DNA of 34,044 bases from Chryseobacterium gleum (lineage in GTDB: Bacteria > Bacteroidota > Bacteroidia > Flavobacteriales_D > Sanyastnellaceae): NCBI GenBank assembly GCA_945883885.1, contig CAMCYM010000001.1, positions 1-34,044 on the forward strand. The letters run 5' to 3'. Of the stretch, positions 26,387-34,044 are shown in pieces. A program made the position numbers and the translations under genes. Numbering within the stretch: the stretch's first letter is position 1; every line of letters starts with the position of its first letter. Below the pieces are notes generated by a model. That model had not been told where the DNA came from. It saw only the letters and a list, made by a program, of their open reading frames with translations, and made no database searches.

Positions 26387-27217
26387 TTATTCCGCGACAG
26401 TCTCAGCTTTTCCCTCGAGAATCTGTTCGTAGTAGGCGTTGATTTCGCCCACATAGCCCTCCTCGCCGGGGAACTTCAAGACCGGCACGGTGGCTGCCGC
26501 GATGTGTGCCTGGGTTTCTGCACTCAGATTCTCGGAGCCCACCACGATGCCGTCTGCATGCTGGATGGCCAAAGCATTCAAGGCCTCGAACGTGGGCTGT
26601 GCAAGGACAGAAACGTGTTCCGGCGCAATGCCGTCCATGACCATCTTTTCAGCGAGGCGCGCATTCAAGGCGCCGTCGAAGCCTTCATCGTACAAGCTGC
26701 ACACCACCTTGCTGTCTGCGAAATAGGGGTCCTTGCGGTAGAGGTCCTTCAGGTACACGGGCAAAAGCTGGGTCATCCAACCGTTGCAGTGGATGATGTC
26801 CGGTGCCCAGCCGAGTTTCTTGACGGTTTCCAGTACACCGCGCACAAAGAAAATGGCGCGTTCGTCGTTGTCCGGGAAGAACGATCCGTCTGTGTCCTCA
26901 AAAACAGCTTTGCGCTTGAAGTACGCCTCGTTGTCGATAAAGTATACCTGGATCCGTGCCGTCGGAATCGAGGCGACCTTGATGATCAGAGGATGGTCCG
27001 TGTCATCCACCGAGAGGTTCATGCCGGACAACCGGATGACTTCGTGGAGCTGGTGGCGTCGTTCGTTGATTTTCCCGAAGCGGGGAGTGAACACCCGGAT
27101 CTCACGTCCCTTTTCATGGACCCCCTGTGGCAGATTCCGGCTCACACTGCTCATGTGCGTAGCCGGGAGAAAGGGGACGATGTGCTGAGAGACGTACAGA
27201 ATCCTTACTTTGCTCAT
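26387..27217 (-). CDS. Short glycogen/starch-synthase-like protein (GT5 N-terminal domain only, 276 aa)
   Basis: The ATG at 27217 gives MSKVRILYVSQHIVPF. Similarity to the GlgA N-terminal half is seen in IRVFTPRFG, YFIDNEAYF and PDIIHCNGWMT. The KTGGL motif is replaced by PATHM, and there is no C-terminal GT-B domain. Confidence 0.75.
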   Translation of the reverse strand: MSKVRILYVSQHIVPFLPATHMSSVSRNLPQGVHEKGREIRVFTPRFGKINERRHQLHEVIRLSGMNLSVDDTDHPLIIKVASIPTARIQVYFIDNEAYFKRKAVFEDTDGSFFPDNDERAIFFVRGVLETVKKLGWAPDIIHCNGWMTQLLPVYLKDLYRKDPYFADSKVVCSLYDEGFDGALNARLAEKMVMDGIAPEHVSVLAQPTFEALNALAIQHADGIVVGSENLSAETQAHIAAATVPVLKFPGEEGYVGEINAYYEQILEGKAETVAE

Positions 27218-27250
27218 GACCGCTGCGTTACCGAACGTGCGAAAACACAG

Positions 27251-27258
27251 CAAAAGTA
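27251..27258 (-). promoter_or_regulatory. Candidate -7 box (TACTTTTG on the minus strand) for the glgA-like/DUF4270/glmS string
   Basis: An exact TAnnTTTG match ends 33 nt upstream of the ATG at 27217, in the divergent panC/glgA-like spacer. Confidence 0.4.
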
Positions 27259-27320
27259 CGGAATTTGGCGCAAAGTTCCAAGTCGGACCCCCCGCAAAAA
27301 CCCCTAATTACAGGCATTTC

Positions 27321-28175
27321 ATGGAGAAAGTCAAGGGAAAGAGCGATTTATATAATTTATTGGTCGAAAAGTTTCCCGTCGAAGGGGGTGGGCGTCCGCT
27401 GGGATTCGTTCCGACCATGGGGGCGCTGCACGCTGGGCATATTTCGCTGATGCACAAAGCTCGGGAGGCCTGTCCGGGTGTGGTGGTGAGCATTTTCGTC
27501 AACCCGACGCAGTTCAACGATCCCGAAGACCTTCGGAAGTACCCGCGGACGCCGGACGCGGACGCAGCACTTGTGGAATCCGCAGGGGTAGATGTGCTGT
27601 GGCTGCCAGAGGTGGTGGATCTCTATGGCGCGTCTTTGGACTGTCCGCGCGTGGACTTGGGCGCGTGCACCGCCGTGCTGGAGGCAGCGCACCGGCCGGG
27701 CCACTTCGATGGAGTGGTGGCGGTGGTGGGACGTTTGCTCGAAGCCGTCCGACCGGATGTCTTGTACTTAGGAGAGAAGGACTTGCAGCAGGTTGCGGTG
27801 TTGCGGGCTTGGGCGAAGACCGCTTTCCCGGAGTTGCAGCTCGTGGTGTGCCCGACAGCACGGGATCCGGATGGGTTGGCCATGAGTTCCCGCAACGCTC
27901 GGCTGCGGCCGGACCCACGTCGGATTGCGTTGCAGTTGCCCGCTGCGTTGTCCCAGTGCGCGGCGAACGTGCAGGCGGGGATGGACCTTCGAACGGCTCT
28001 TGACGCGGCGCGGGCAAGGTTGAAGCGTACGGACGGCCTGGCTTGCGAGTACTTTGAAGCCGTGCATCCGGAGACCTTTTTGCCCGCCGAAGCACACGCC
28101 GGAGGCGCGGTGTATGCGGTGGCTGCGGTGGTGGTGGACGGCGTGCGGTTGATCGACAACGTGCGTTTGGCCTGA
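27321..28175 (+). CDS. panC: Pantoate--beta-alanine ligase
   Basis: The ATG at 27321 avoids overlapping the divergent gene. The PTMGALHAGHISLM (HxGH) motif is present, along with FVNPTQF and YLGEKDLQQ. Confidence 0.95.
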   Translation: MEKVKGKSDLYNLLVEKFPVEGGGRPLGFVPTMGALHAGHISLMHKAREACPGVVVSIFVNPTQFNDPEDLRKYPRTPDADAALVESAGVDVLWLPEVVDLYGASLDCPRVDLGACTAVLEAAHRPGHFDGVVAVVGRLLEAVRPDVLYLGEKDLQQVAVLRAWAKTAFPELQLVVCPTARDPDGLAMSSRNARLRPDPRRIALQLPAALSQCAANVQAGMDLRTALDAARARLKRTDGLACEYFEAVHPETFLPAEAHAGGAVYAVAAVVVDGVRLIDNVRLA

Positions 28176-28196
28176 TTTTTTCACACTTTTTTCACA
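28176..28196. repeat. Tandem direct repeat TTTTTTCACA-C-TTTTTTCACA immediately after the panC stop
   Basis: Read directly: 28176-28185 and 28187-28196 are identical 10-mers with an 11-bp period. This is a conspicuously AT-rich island. Confidence 0.6.
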
Positions 28197-28236
28197 ATGG
28201 CGCATTGCGTTGAATAGTAATGCATTACGCTTGAAT
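28197..28236. repeat. Imperfect direct repeat AATGGCGCATTGCGTTGAAT / AATGCATTACGCTTGAAT (period about 20-21 bp)
   Basis: GCATTGCGTTGAAT (28202-28215) and GCATTACGCTTGAAT (28222-28236) differ by one substitution and one indel. Each is preceded by an AATG..CATT palindrome. The second unit ends 73 nt upstream of the tatA ATG. Confidence 0.55.
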
Positions 28237-28309
28237 CTTCCGGAGTGGGCCGCGCAAGCGTGTCCGCGGAACGCACTTTCGTCGCACCTTGCGCCAAATT
28301 TTTTCCGCC

Positions 28310-28495
28310 ATGGGCAAGTTCGGACTCACGGAAATTCTGGTCATCGCATTCGTGGTACTGCTCCTGTTCGGCGGTCGCAAAATCCCTGAATTGATGCGGG
28401 GTTTGGGCCAAGGGGTGAAGGAATTCAAAAACGCTTCGAACGGGGAAACCGGCGGTTCGAAGGGTGCTCGGGATAACGAATCGAAGTCGGAATGA
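28310..28495 (+). CDS. tatA: Twin-arginine translocase subunit TatA/TatE
   Basis: [40 protein letters not shown] is the canonical TatA TM plus amphipathic helix (FG hinge). The ATG at 28310 is preferred over the TTG at 28289. Confidence 0.92.
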   Translation: MGKFGLTEILVIAFVVLLLFGGRKIPELMRGLGQGVKEFKNASNGETGGSKGARDNESKSE

Positions 28496-29754
28496 GGAAG
28501 GCAGCGTTCTTCGTGGCGGCAGCCGTCGCATGGGCAGGGGGTCTCCGGGCAGCAGCTCCGGCAGATTCAAGTGCAACTGCAGATTCGCTGGTGCTTCCGT
28601 GGGACGCAGCGTGGTTGACTTGGGTGGCAGAGGCCGATCGGGTTGATTCTTCGGTGTGGAACATCCGCGACCTCTCCCCCGGGGAAATCCCCCCGGTCGA
28701 CGAGTCCGCGGTGCGCCGGCGGATGGCAGAGCTCGATGCACGCTCGCCCATGGAAATGACATGGAACCCGGTGGTGCATAGCCGCATCGCCTACTTCGCA
28801 GAGCGCCGCCGCCGCCACATCGCGGAAATGACAGGGCGGTCTGCGCAGTATTTCCCGCTGTTCGAGGAGGCCCTGGATCGTCACGGTCTACCGCTGGAGT
28901 TGAAGTACCTGCCCATCGTAGAGAGTGCGTTGAATCCGAATGCGGTTTCGCCAGCGGGCGCGCAGGGTCTCTGGCAATTCATGTACGGCACAGCGCGGTT
29001 GCAAGGCTTGCGGATCGACAGCTACATCGATGAGCGCCGCGATCCGGAGGCCAGTACCGACGCCGCTTGCCGCTACCTGAAGCAGCTGTTCGAGATGTAC
29101 GGCGATTGGCATTTGGCTCTCGCAGCATACAATGCGGGACCGGGCAACGTCAACAAGGCGATTCGCCGCCACGGAGGCAGGGGCAGCTACTGGTCCATTC
29201 GGCCGTTCTTGCCCACCGAAACGCAGGGGTATGTACCGGCGTTCCTTGCCGTGGTTTACATGATGGAATCGTTTGAGGCGCACGGGATTGCACCGTCGAA
29301 GCCGGCGCTTGCACATGCCTTGATCGACACCGTGCATGTCGGGAACCAGGTGGATTTGAAGAAGGTGGCTCGCGGCATCGGCATGCCGGAAGAAGAGATT
29401 TTAGCGCTGAACCCGATGTACCGCCTCGGGGTGGTGCCGGCCAGCGGCCAGGCATGGCCGGTTCGGTTGCCACTGGCACTTGTGCCGCGCTACATCGCCC
29501 TCGAGGCCGACTGGGCAACGGCCGTTCAGGAGGCGGAAGCCGTCGCAGAAGCGGCACCGGTGGCCACACCGGCTCCTCCGGTGGCGAAGAAGCAGGCTCC
29601 CATCGTGTACAAGGTGAAACCCGGTGACATGTTAGGCAGCATTGCCCGCAAGCACGGTGTGACGGTGGCGCAGCTGACGAAATGGAACGGCTTGAAAGGC
29701 ACGACGATCCGACCGGGCCAAAAGCTGACCATCCATGTGGCCCGCGGGAATTGA
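28492..29754 (+). CDS. Lytic murein transglycosylase (SLT domain, MltD-like) with C-terminal LysM domain
   Basis: It has a signal peptide. The SLT catalytic block is [25 protein letters not shown]...[10 protein letters not shown]. The LysM domain is [42 protein letters not shown]. The ATG overlaps the tatA stop (ATGA). Confidence 0.9.
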   Translation: MRKAAFFVAAAVAWAGGLRAAAPADSSATADSLVLPWDAAWLTWVAEADRVDSSVWNIRDLSPGEIPPVDESAVRRRMAELDARSPMEMTWNPVVHSRIAYFAERRRRHIAEMTGRSAQYFPLFEEALDRHGLPLELKYLPIVESALNPNAVSPAGAQGLWQFMYGTARLQGLRIDSYIDERRDPEASTDAACRYLKQLFEMYGDWHLALAAYNAGPGNVNKAIRRHGGRGSYWSIRPFLPTETQGYVPAFLAVVYMMESFEAHGIAPSKPALAHALIDTVHVGNQVDLKKVARGIGMPEEEILALNPMYRLGVVPASGQAWPVRLPLALVPRYIALEADWATAVQEAEAVAEAAPVATPAPPVAKKQAPIVYKVKPGDMLGSIARKHGVTVAQLTKWNGLKGTTIRPGQKLTIHVARGN

Positions 29755-30772
29755 CCGCATCGCCGGATGGTGTGCAGCTTGTCTGCTGCTGGTTCTGACT
29801 GGGTGCGATGAGGGGTCAGGGAAGGGCGTGGCCCTTCCTGGAAAAGTGGGCCCTTCGGGGGAGTTGGTGGTGGTGTGCAGCGATACAGAGTGGTACGGAC
29901 CTGTCGGCAAACGCATCCGCGAGATCTTCGAAGACCCCTTCCCTCTGTTGCCGCAGCTTGAGCCGTCTTTTGACCTGCACCATTTGGACCGCGAGGCGTT
30001 TGACCGGTTCTGGAAGCCGCACCGCAACGTGCTCGTGGTCGACATCGGAGACCGCATCGACACCCAAACGCCGTCGGTGGCCATGTACCGGGACAAGTAC
30101 GCAAACGGACAGCTCTATGTGCATGCGAAGGCGCGCTCCGAAGATGCGCTCGCAGCGGCGTTGTTGGCCCGACGAGCGGAGTTGTTTAGCGTGTTTTCGG
30201 CGGAAGAAGTGGAGCGGTACAGGAAGTTGATTGCCCTCGACGAAAACGAAGTGGCGAAGCGGGAAATCAAGGATTTGCTGGATGTGGAGGTCACGTTGCC
30301 GCGGGACAGCCGCGTGGTGAAGACGGGGAAGGACTTTGTTTGGGTCGACCGCCAAATGACCCGGCTGAAAGGCGGCGACAACCACGACGTGCAGCAGGGC
30401 TGGTTCATGTACACCGAGCCGTACACTTCGGACCAGCAATTCCTGCTCCCGCATCGCCTGAACATGCGGGATTCCTTGCTGCGGCAATGGGTACCGGGCC
30501 CGACGGACGGCTCGTACATGACGACGGAAATGCGGTCGGTTCCGCGCCTTGAAGAACTGTCTTTCAACGGCCAGTATGCGGCGGAAATCCGCGGACTGTG
30601 GCGCATGGAGAACGACTACATGGGCGGACCGTTCTGCAGCCTGACGGTGTACGATTCGCTGCGGGCACGGCTGGTGACGGTCGAGGGCTATGCCTACGCG
30701 CCGTTTTTCGACAAGCGGGAATATGTGCGCATGACCGAAGCCGTTGTCCGATCGCTGCGCTTGAACCCATGA
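29735..30772 (+). CDS. DUF4837-family lipoprotein
   Basis: The lipobox is LLLVLTGC. GELVVVCSDTEWYGPVGKRIREIFEDPFPLLPQLEPSFDLHHL...FWKPHRNVLVVDI matches my recollection of the DUF4837 N-terminal block. The 5' end overlaps the transglycosylase gene by 20 nt, so the exact start is uncertain. Confidence 0.65.
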   Translation: MWPAGIDRIAGWCAACLLLVLTGCDEGSGKGVALPGKVGPSGELVVVCSDTEWYGPVGKRIREIFEDPFPLLPQLEPSFDLHHLDREAFDRFWKPHRNVLVVDIGDRIDTQTPSVAMYRDKYANGQLYVHAKARSEDALAAALLARRAELFSVFSAEEVERYRKLIALDENEVAKREIKDLLDVEVTLPRDSRVVKTGKDFVWVDRQMTRLKGGDNHDVQQGWFMYTEPYTSDQQFLLPHRLNMRDSLLRQWVPGPTDGSYMTTEMRSVPRLEELSFNGQYAAEIRGLWRMENDYMGGPFCSLTVYDSLRARLVTVEGYAYAPFFDKREYVRMTEAVVRSLRLNP

Positions 30773-31773
30773 AGGTTTGGATGCTCGTGGCGGCCTGCTG
30801 CGTCGCAGGCTGTGCGCCGCGCCCTTGGACGGGGAATGCATCTGTACGGGCATTGCAAGCGGTGGGTGACCGGGAAGCTTGGTTTGCAGGGTCTCAGGGG
30901 GTCTACGGGTGGACGCAGGATGCCGGGCGGACCTGGCATGTGGACAGCTTGAAGGCCGAAGATGGCACGCGTCCGGAGTTTCGTTCCCTCGCGGTCACCT
31001 CTGCTGCGACCCACCTCCTCGCAGTCGGTCAGCCGGCGCGCTTGTTCCGGTCGGTGGATCGGGGAGCGAACTGGACGGTGGTGTACCGCGAGGATGCGGA
31101 CGGGGTGTTCTACGATGCGATGCGGTTTCTTGACGACCGTGTAGGGCTGGCATGGGGCGACCCGGTCGGCGGATGCATGTCGGTCCTGCGCACGGAAGAT
31201 GGGGGTGCGACGTGGACGAAGGTGCCCTGCACGGCGTTGCCGCCGGCGCTCCCAGGCGAAGCGGCCTTTGCAGCCAGCAACGGCAACATCGCGGTGCACG
31301 GAGATTCGGTGTGGTGCGCTTCTACGGCGCGGGTTTGGATCTCGGGCGACCGGGGGCGTTCCTGGGAGGTGGTCCCTACCCCCATCGCAGCGGCGGCTCC
31401 GATGCAAGGACTGTTCGCGCTGGAGTTCTTCGGCGACGGGCGGGGCATCGGAGTGGGCGGCGACTGGGAGCATCCGGACGATGCGACGGCCAGCAAGGTG
31501 GTGACGTGGGACGGCGGCCGCACCTGGGCCGTCCTGACTCCGGGGGAGGGACCGGGGTACCGGGACGGGGTGCGGGCGGTGCCGGGCACGACCGGGCCGG
31601 AAGTTTGGTCCGTTTCTGCCCGAGCAATCACGCGATCGGCCGACGCCGGCACCACGTGGGAACCGGTGGAAGCCCCGGTCCCCGGCGCCTTCACGGTCGA
31701 TTTCAGCACGGACGGACGCCGCGCCTACCTCGCCGGCAAAGGATTCGTCCTCAGCATGCAGCGCCCGCGGTAA
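30769..31773 (+). CDS. BNR/Asp-box repeat beta-propeller lipoprotein (Ycf48/sialidase-like fold; often annotated WD40/YVTN/BNR-like repeat protein)
   Basis: The ATG at 30769 overlaps the DUF4837 stop (ATGA). The lipobox is CVAGC. There are six Asp-box-like motifs: TQDAGRTW, SVDRGANW, TEDGGATW, SGDRGRSW, TWDGGRTW, SADAGTTW. Confidence 0.8.
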   Translation: MKVWMLVAACCVAGCAPRPWTGNASVRALQAVGDREAWFAGSQGVYGWTQDAGRTWHVDSLKAEDGTRPEFRSLAVTSAATHLLAVGQPARLFRSVDRGANWTVVYREDADGVFYDAMRFLDDRVGLAWGDPVGGCMSVLRTEDGGATWTKVPCTALPPALPGEAAFAASNGNIAVHGDSVWCASTARVWISGDRGRSWEVVPTPIAAAAPMQGLFALEFFGDGRGIGVGGDWEHPDDATASKVVTWDGGRTWAVLTPGEGPGYRDGVRAVPGTTGPEVWSVSARAITRSADAGTTWEPVEAPVPGAFTVDFSTDGRRAYLAGKGFVLSMQRPR

Positions 31774-31797
31774 AGCGTTGTGGACTATTTTCGCGCC

Positions 31798-32274
31798 ATG
31801 AACGACATGCCCATCGCCGACGGCCAATACGTCGAAGTCACCTACATCCTCCGCGAGGAGGGCCCCCAAGGAGAAGAACTCGAAGTCTGCGGCGCGGACG
31901 ATCCGTTCGGATTCATCGTCGGCAACGACGAAGTGCTGCCTGCCTTTGAAGCAATTATGCGCGGGTTGAAGCAGGGCGACACGTTCACCTTCCGGCTCGG
32001 CGTGGACGAGGCCTACGGTCCTGAAGAGGAAGAGGCGTTCGTGGAGCTGCCCAAATCCGCCTTCCTCGTCGACGGTGAGCTCGACGAATCCATCTTCGCC
32101 GAGGGCGAAGTGGTCCCGATGGAAACGGAAGACGGCGAAGAAGTGCTCGGCATCGTGACCGAGGTGCGCTTGAACACCGTGGTCGTGGACTTCAACCATC
32201 CCTTCGCAGGGTTAGACCTGCATTTTGAAGGCACGGTGGTGCGCGTCGGTGAGGCGCCGCCTTCGATGAATTGA
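31798..32274 (+). CDS. FKBP-type peptidyl-prolyl cis-trans isomerase, SlyD-like (no His-rich tail)
   Basis: FIVGNDEVLPAFEAIMRGLKQGD, an insert-in-flap region, and VVDFNHPFAGLDLHFEGTVVRV form the SlyD hallmark. Start could be ATG 31798 or ATG 31807. Confidence 0.85.
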   Translation: MNDMPIADGQYVEVTYILREEGPQGEELEVCGADDPFGFIVGNDEVLPAFEAIMRGLKQGDTFTFRLGVDEAYGPEEEEAFVELPKSAFLVDGELDESIFAEGEVVPMETEDGEEVLGIVTEVRLNTVVVDFNHPFAGLDLHFEGTVVRVGEAPPSMN

Positions 32275-32321
32275 CACGTCGGTAACGACGAATTCATGCA
32301 CGGGCCGGAGATTTCGGCACC

Positions 32322-33017
32322 TTGCACGCTGTACCCATTCCCTCCGTCGTCGTGTTTGACCTCGTCGGGGCCGTTTTAGGCGGTTCCGAGGCGATGGGTC
32401 GCGCGTGGGCTGCTGCGTTCCGTGCAGCAGGGCTGCAAATAGATGAAGAATCGGCGGACGATATCCTCGGGATGTGCGATGCCGCAGGCGCCCTTGCGGT
32501 GTTTGCGTCCCACCGGTCCGCGCGTACGGCAGCACCGGAGGAAGTGGCGCACGTGTGTGCGGCGTTCCGCAAGGAATGCATCCGGCTGTTCCGCCATGGA
32601 AGTGGGCGGCATTTGACACCCGGCTGGGAACGGACGGTGCGGGCTTTGCTGGAACAGGACATCCCGGTGGCTGCGATGACGTACCTCGACCGGGGGACGG
32701 CGCTGGAATTGTGCGGCCTGCATGGGCTTTCGGTGCCGCTTGTGTCGATCTCGGATGCTGTGGATGGTCCGCTGGGCGCGGGGCCTTTGTACGCAGCGTG
32801 TCAAACACTTGAGGTGGATCCGGCGGCGGCTTGGATGGTGGCAGACAGTCCCGCACTGCTCGCGCAGTATCCAGAAGTACGCGCCATCGGATTGGATACG
32901 GGATGGGCGAATCCGCTCGGGTTTACACGCCTTGCACAGGTGGTAGCCGTGGTGGAAGATGTGGATGAGGTGCTCGATGTGCTTTCGCTGCGTCGGCGGC
33001 GGGTCGATATGGAATAG
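32322..33017 (+). CDS. HAD-superfamily-like protein with degenerate catalytic motifs (TTG start, uncertain)
   Basis: Motif I-like is VVFDLVGAVL (normally DxDGT). Motif II-like is VAAMT. The motif III/IV region is GPLGAGPLYAACQTLEVDPAAAWMVADSPALL (normally K...GDSxxD). There is no in-frame ATG near the 5' end. Confidence 0.5.
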   Translation: MHAVPIPSVVVFDLVGAVLGGSEAMGRAWAAAFRAAGLQIDEESADDILGMCDAAGALAVFASHRSARTAAPEEVAHVCAAFRKECIRLFRHGSGRHLTPGWERTVRALLEQDIPVAAMTYLDRGTALELCGLHGLSVPLVSISDAVDGPLGAGPLYAACQTLEVDPAAAWMVADSPALLAQYPEVRAIGLDTGWANPLGFTRLAQVVAVVEDVDEVLDVLSLRRRRVDME

Positions 33018-33034
33018 CCCCCTACCTTCGGGGC

Positions 33035-34044
33035 ATGGGCCGAACGGAAATCCAGGAGCTCGGAGAATTCGGGCTAATCCGGCGGGTGACGGCGGATATG
33101 CCGCGCCGCCAACCGTCCACGTTGCTGGGTGTCGGCGACGACGGGGCCGTGATCGATGCGGGCAACAAGCGCGTCGTGGTCAGCACGGACATGCTGTGCG
33201 AAGGGGTCCATTTCGACTTGTCCTATGTGCCGCTGAAGCATTTGGGGTACAAGGCGGTGGTGGTCAACCTGTCAGACATCTGCGCCATGAATGCGCTGCC
33301 TACGCAGGTGCTGGTATCGATGGCGCTGTCGAACCGGTTTCCGGTCGAAGCGGTGGACGAGCTGTACAGCGGAATCCGTCGGGCGTGCGAAGTCTACGGG
33401 GTGGATCTTGTGGGGGGCGACACGACGTCGAGCAAGGCGGGATTCGTGCTGAGCATCACGGCCATCGGGCTGGGCGATCGGGATGCGCTGGTGACGCGGT
33501 CGGGTGCACGGGCGAACGATTTGCTGGTGGTATCGGGCGATTTGGGGGGGGCCTACATGGGCTTGCAGGTGCTCGAACGGGAGAAATCGGTGTTTCTCGA
33601 GGCGCCTGCGGTGCAACCAGATCTCGAGGCGCACGCCCTCCTTCTTGAGCGCCAACTGAAGCCAGAAGCCCGGGTCGACGTTGTGCGCGAACTGGCAGAA
33701 CTGGGTTGCCGGCCGACGTCGATGATCGACGTATCGGATGGGTTGGCCTCTGAGGCCTTGCATTTGGCCACAGCCAGCGGCTGTGGAGTGCACATCTACG
33801 AGGACAAACTGCCCTTCGATCCGCTCACGTACGAGACGGCGCGCGTGTTCGACCTCGATCCGACGGTGTGCATGCTGAGCGGCGGGGAGGATTACGAACT
33901 GCTGTTTACGGTCGCGCAAGAGGACTATCCGAAGGTGCGGAATCACCCGAAGCTCAGTGTGATAGGGCATATGACGGCGGACGCGACGGAGCGTATTCTG
34001 GTCACACGGAACGGGCTGCATGTGCCGCTGACGGCGCAGGGGTG
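33035..34044 (+). CDS. thiL: Thiamine-monophosphate kinase (3' end outside the window)
   Basis: My own translation from ATG 33035 gives MGRTEIQELGEFGLIRRV...LLGVGDDGAVI...STDMLCEGVHFDL...LGYKAVVVNLSDICAMNA...DLVGGDTT...MIDVSDGLASE...SGGEDYELLFT. These are the ThiL/AIR-synthase-related motifs. The frame is open to the window end, so it is absent from the ORF track. Confidence 0.92.
   Translation, partial: MGRTEIQELGEFGLIRRVTADMPRRQPSTLLGVGDDGAVIDAGNKRVVVSTDMLCEGVHFDLSYVPLKHLGYKAVVVNLSDICAMNALPTQVLVSMALSNRFPVEAVDELYSGIRRACEVYGVDLVGGDTTSSKAGFVLSITAIGLGDRDALVTRSGARANDLLVVSGDLGGAYMGLQVLEREKSVFLEAPAVQPDLEAHALLLERQLKPEARVDVVRELAELGCRPTSMIDVSDGLASEALHLATASGCGVHIYEDKLPFDPLTYETARVFDLDPTVCMLSGGEDYELLFTVAQEDYPKVRNHPKLSVIGHMTADATERILVTRNGLHVPLTAQG

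Noticed and set aside
33018-33034. TPP riboswitch upstream of thiL
   Set aside because: The spacer is only 17 nt and shows no conserved TPP-riboswitch core (CTGAGA...ACCTGA).
1-34044. CRISPR arrays, transposases, integrases, restriction-modification, toxin-antitoxin or other known defence genes
   Set aside because: I scanned both strands and the ORF track. There are no regularly spaced repeats, and no ORF carries hallmark motifs of these families. The only mobile-element-like trace is the gene fragment next to tRNA-Asn.

Overview
The window reads as a largely core chromosomal segment of a GC-rich member of the Bacteroidota. Supporting markers are a SusC/SusD pair, a PorW/SprE-like TPR lipoprotein, DUF4270 and DUF4837 lipoproteins, an atp operon lacking atpD/atpC, and TAnnTTTG -7 boxes. 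I call about 36 protein genes and one tRNA.

Gene order:
- Soluble PAS/HisKA_2 histidine kinase (5' partial) plus LytTR response regulator.
- A short, visibly less GC-rich, decayed stretch next to tRNA-Asn(GUU). It holds two overlapping signal-peptide ORFs and a 3' fragment of an AAA_4/HATPase_c_4 gene.
- PfkB sugar kinase, convergent with an M23 peptidase.
- PorW/SprE-like lipoprotein.
- Bactofilin, AtpZ, AtpI-like protein, then atpB-E-F-H-A-G.
- HAMP sensor kinase.
- SusC/SusD.
- On the minus strand: a cyclase-family enzyme, a small lipoprotein and an unknown outer-membrane protein (OMP) joined by ATGA overlaps; a beta-barrel OMP; and glgA-like, DUF4270, glmS.
- On the plus strand: panC; tatA, SLT/LysM lytic transglycosylase, DUF4837 and a BNR propeller as an overlapping chain; SlyD-like FKBP; a degenerate HAD-like protein; thiL (3' partial, missing from the ORF track because it has no stop in the window).

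I found no CRISPR array, transposase, integrase, toxin-antitoxin pair or recognisable defence system.

The most plausible places for undescribed biology are modest:
- the cyclase/lipoprotein/OMP operon;
- the tatA-to-BNR envelope gene chain;
- the bactofilin/AtpZ/AtpI-like genes coupled to the F-ATPase operon;
- the tRNA-Asn-adjacent scar;
- direct repeats upstream of tatA.

Many long ORFs in the track are antisense artefacts of GC-rich coding DNA and are rejected. All product calls rest on motif recognition by eye. No database search was run.
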